Shown piece by piece: positions 62,826 through 64,000 of a stretch of 64,000 nucleotides of DNA. Origin of the DNA: Camelus ferus (taxonomy: Eukaryota); the NCBI RefSeq assembly GCF_009834535.1, contig NC_045696.1, positions 97,466,001-97,530,000 of the forward strand, written 5' to 3'. Below the pieces are notes generated by a model, which did no database searches, was not told the origin of the DNA, and was given only the letters and a program-made list of their open reading frames with translations. Each line of letters starts with the position of its first letter. Position 1 is the stretch's first letter. The translations under genes and the position numbers were made by a program.

Positions 62826-64000
62826 TCATGCCAATTATGCACCCATAATTGGGCCCTGTAATTAGGTATCCTTGGTGACCAGATAACTTTGGAGTGGTGG
62901 ATGGTGCATTAGAGTTTGCTTCTAAACTCAGTCTAAGTGATCAAATTTGGAGCTCTCAGTGCTGGAGAGAGAGATAATGATGATGAAGCAAACAAACCAG
63001 AAATGGATAGTATGCCTACAGTGCGTGTTTATATCTTATTCTCATTGAGATTCTTACCATTAATAAATCCGTATCATTTTACTGGGAACACAGATGTGCC
63101 ATGAAGGGCAGATGACTTAATATGTGTCAGGACTGGGTACTTTTCTGAGGACTTGTTGAGAGGGTTAATCAGATAATGTCAGTAAAGCAGCTTAAAGGAT
63201 AAAAAGATTACTTCCCATTGTCTTCCTAATTGTAGAGATTGATTAGAAATAAACTGCTTAAAGGGTTGAGTCAGTCTCAATTTTTGTTTGTTGACAAATT
63301 GAGTTAAGATTTATAAGAATTACACCCTTACCTATCATCCCCGCCTTTCCCATCCTCCCTCAATTAAATATCTAATCACAGGAGAGAATGCTGGAGGTAA
63401 ACGAGTCCACCAATCCAGGGGATAACTTTTTTGTTAAAGGGTGATTTGGAAGACTGAGGACTGAAGTACTAAACTTATTGTTGAAGGGCAGCTTCTGAGG
63501 GGATGGCCCTTCTGCTGGTCTGTGGGGGACCGCGAGTATTTTAGTGCATTAAAATATGAATAGACGGAGTTTTCCAAAGTGTATTCCTTGGAACCCTGGT
63601 CCACTCAGATACTTTGTAAACAAGGGTTCCTGGACCAATAGATTTGGGATCTGTTGCATGCTCTCTCCCTTTCTTGGCATTTCACAATACACATTAAAGA
63701 CTCCAAAGTAATTTATTACAAAACTAGTTTATTTTTAAGTCAGTGTTTCACAAGTGTATTTGATTTTTGAACATTTTTATTTCAACTATCATCTCTTACC
63801 ATTCACCCAGGAATGTTCTATAGACCGCACTTTGGGAAATCTTTTTGTGACCTTCACTATTATTCTTCTAGTTGAGAGTTTCATGTTTAAGTCAAGTTAT
63901 AGCTTTTCTTTTCAGCATTCTTTGTGTCTATGTATTATGTGGTTTTTTGGGTACAATTTATTTTTATTTATTTAATTTGGGGGAGTAATGAAGTTTATTT

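Noticed and set aside
1..64000. CRISPR array, operon or other prokaryote-type system
   Set aside because: No spaced direct-repeat array or long intronless ORFs; the tandem repeats found are 2-3 adjacent copies without spacers.

Overview
Mammalian genomic DNA, most likely a camelid (camel/alpaca/llama), inferred from three full copies of a tRNA-derived vic-1-like SINE. The window holds the complete five-exon COMMD2 coding sequence (+ strand, 1433-10321, 199 aa) behind a CpG-island promoter. About 45 kb of repeat-rich spacer follows (L1, L2, MIR, MLT1, an ERVL remnant, hAT and Tigger fossils). It ends with the CpG-island promoter, a probable non-coding exon 1 and the first coding exon (57142-57572) of WWTR1/TAZ on the same strand; the rest of WWTR1 lies beyond the window. 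The COMMD2-WWTR1 order matches the human 3q25 arrangement as I recall it. I see no prokaryotic-type system, CRISPR array or new protein-coding gene; nearly all listed ORFs are chance or repeat-derived. The most notable observation is an apparent L1 3'-transduction downstream of the COMMD2 stop, with TSDs, an endonuclease site and two A-rich tails, which also imports a sense-strand AATAAA. Others are potential translational controls at the TAZ start (NAGNAG acceptor abutting the ATG, an ATG-TGA element), two TAZ substitutions versus the recalled human sequence, CArG/TEAD/AP-1 motifs around WWTR1, and a multiply nested transposon cluster. Repeat family names and boundaries were recognised by eye and are approximate.
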